Shown here piece by piece: positions 63,541 through 64,000 of a stretch of 64,000 nt of DNA. Where the stretch lies: the IMG/VR virus record IMGVR_UViG_3300028864_000017, one strand, 5' to 3'. Every line of letters begins with the position of its first letter. The first letter of the stretch is position 1. Both the position numbers and the translations under genes were made by a program. The notes under the pieces were generated by a model. The model had not been told where the DNA came from. It ran no database searches and saw only the letters and a list, made by a program, of their open reading frames with translations. The stretch comes from a virus (Duplodnaviria > Caudoviricetes).

Positions 63541-63942
63541 TTAATTTTGATGTTTATTTTTAGCTCTACGTAGAGTTTCACTATTTTTAAATTCTTTACT
63601 AGACATAACATGGGGGTTATCAGAATTTGTTACTGTACTTGTTCCTGATGTACCTTTACTCACTCCTGATGTTCCTGCTTCAACTGTACTTGTACCTGAT
63701 GTACCTTTACTCACTCCTGATGTTCCTGGTGCAACTGTACTTGTCCCTGATGTTCCTGGCTCAACTGTACTTGTTCCTGATGTTCCTGGCTCAACTGTAC
63801 TTGTTCCTGATGTTCCTGTTGCAACTGTACTTGCTCCTGATGTTCCTGTACCTGGGTTTTTAACTAATGTCAGTTTTTGACTATCTGTTGTAGTTGTTGT
63901 AGTGGTATTATTTGATTTATTAGATTCATTATATATTTTCAA
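63541..63942 (-). CDS. Ser/Thr/Gly-repeat protein
   Basis: MKIYNES; eight GTSG units. Confidence 0.65.
   Translation of the reverse strand: MKIYNESNKSNNTTTTTTTDSQKLTLVKNPGTGTSGASTVATGTSGTSTVEPGTSGTSTVEPGTSGTSTVAPGTSGVSKGTSGTSTVEAGTSGVSKGTSGTSTVTNSDNPHVMSSKEFKNSETLRRAKNKHQN
63630..63853 (-). repeat. In-frame 30-bp and 21-bp tandem repeats encoding GTSGTSTVEP / GTSGVSK
   Basis: actgtacttgttcctgatgttcctggctca-type units. Confidence 0.9.
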
Positions 63943-64000
63943 TTTAGTAATATCAAATATAGGGTCATTGTTTTTATCTACTAAACTAATTGATTGATTT

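Noticed and set aside
63627-63863. Leu-rich 78-aa ORF
   Set aside because: Antisense reading of the GTSG repeat
1-64000. Stop-codon reassignment (as in Lak or crAss-like phages)
   Set aside because: Known enzymes are full length under code 11, TAG and TGA end genes at operon junctions, and no suppressor tRNA was seen

Overview
Very AT-rich, gene-dense segment of a jumbo or mega tailed phage, probably infecting a Bacteroidota host. The host inference rests on more than ten TTTG-N~20-TAnnTTTG sigma70-type promoters. It uses standard code 11. I see no integrase, CRISPR array or reverse transcriptase. Recognisable genes: CDF transporter, PIN-PhoH, DHFR, DHH phosphoesterase, ankyrin protein, N4/N6 DNA methyltransferase, S24-like peptidase, RtcB, divergent DnaK, GH73 glucosaminidase, radical SAM/SPASM enzyme, a catalytic-domain-only HisRS, IMPDH/GMPR, an HNH endonuclease, a tape-measure-like protein and about 17 tRNA or tRNA-like genes (51.5-55.9 kb). 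Main discoveries: (1) two leader-peptide/terminator/antiterminator cassettes upstream of the tRNA array, whose peptides consist almost only of the amino acids served by that array, i.e. a putative tRNA-starvation-sensing attenuator for phage tRNAs; (2) structurally aberrant tRNAs (two D-arm-less rearranged tRNA-Ile, one with a D-loop insertion, Asn/Asp with long variable arms); (3) seven unrelated proteins sharing the N-terminus MKIRxGFVSNSSSSSF near a radical SAM/SPASM gene; (4) terminal tags shared by many unrelated proteins: C-terminal RxxK[LI]xx[LI] in at least 25 ORFs, a T4-like capsid-targeting N-terminus, and a K[FY]N[LI]-stop ending. All functional calls come from motif recognition by eye; no database searches were run.
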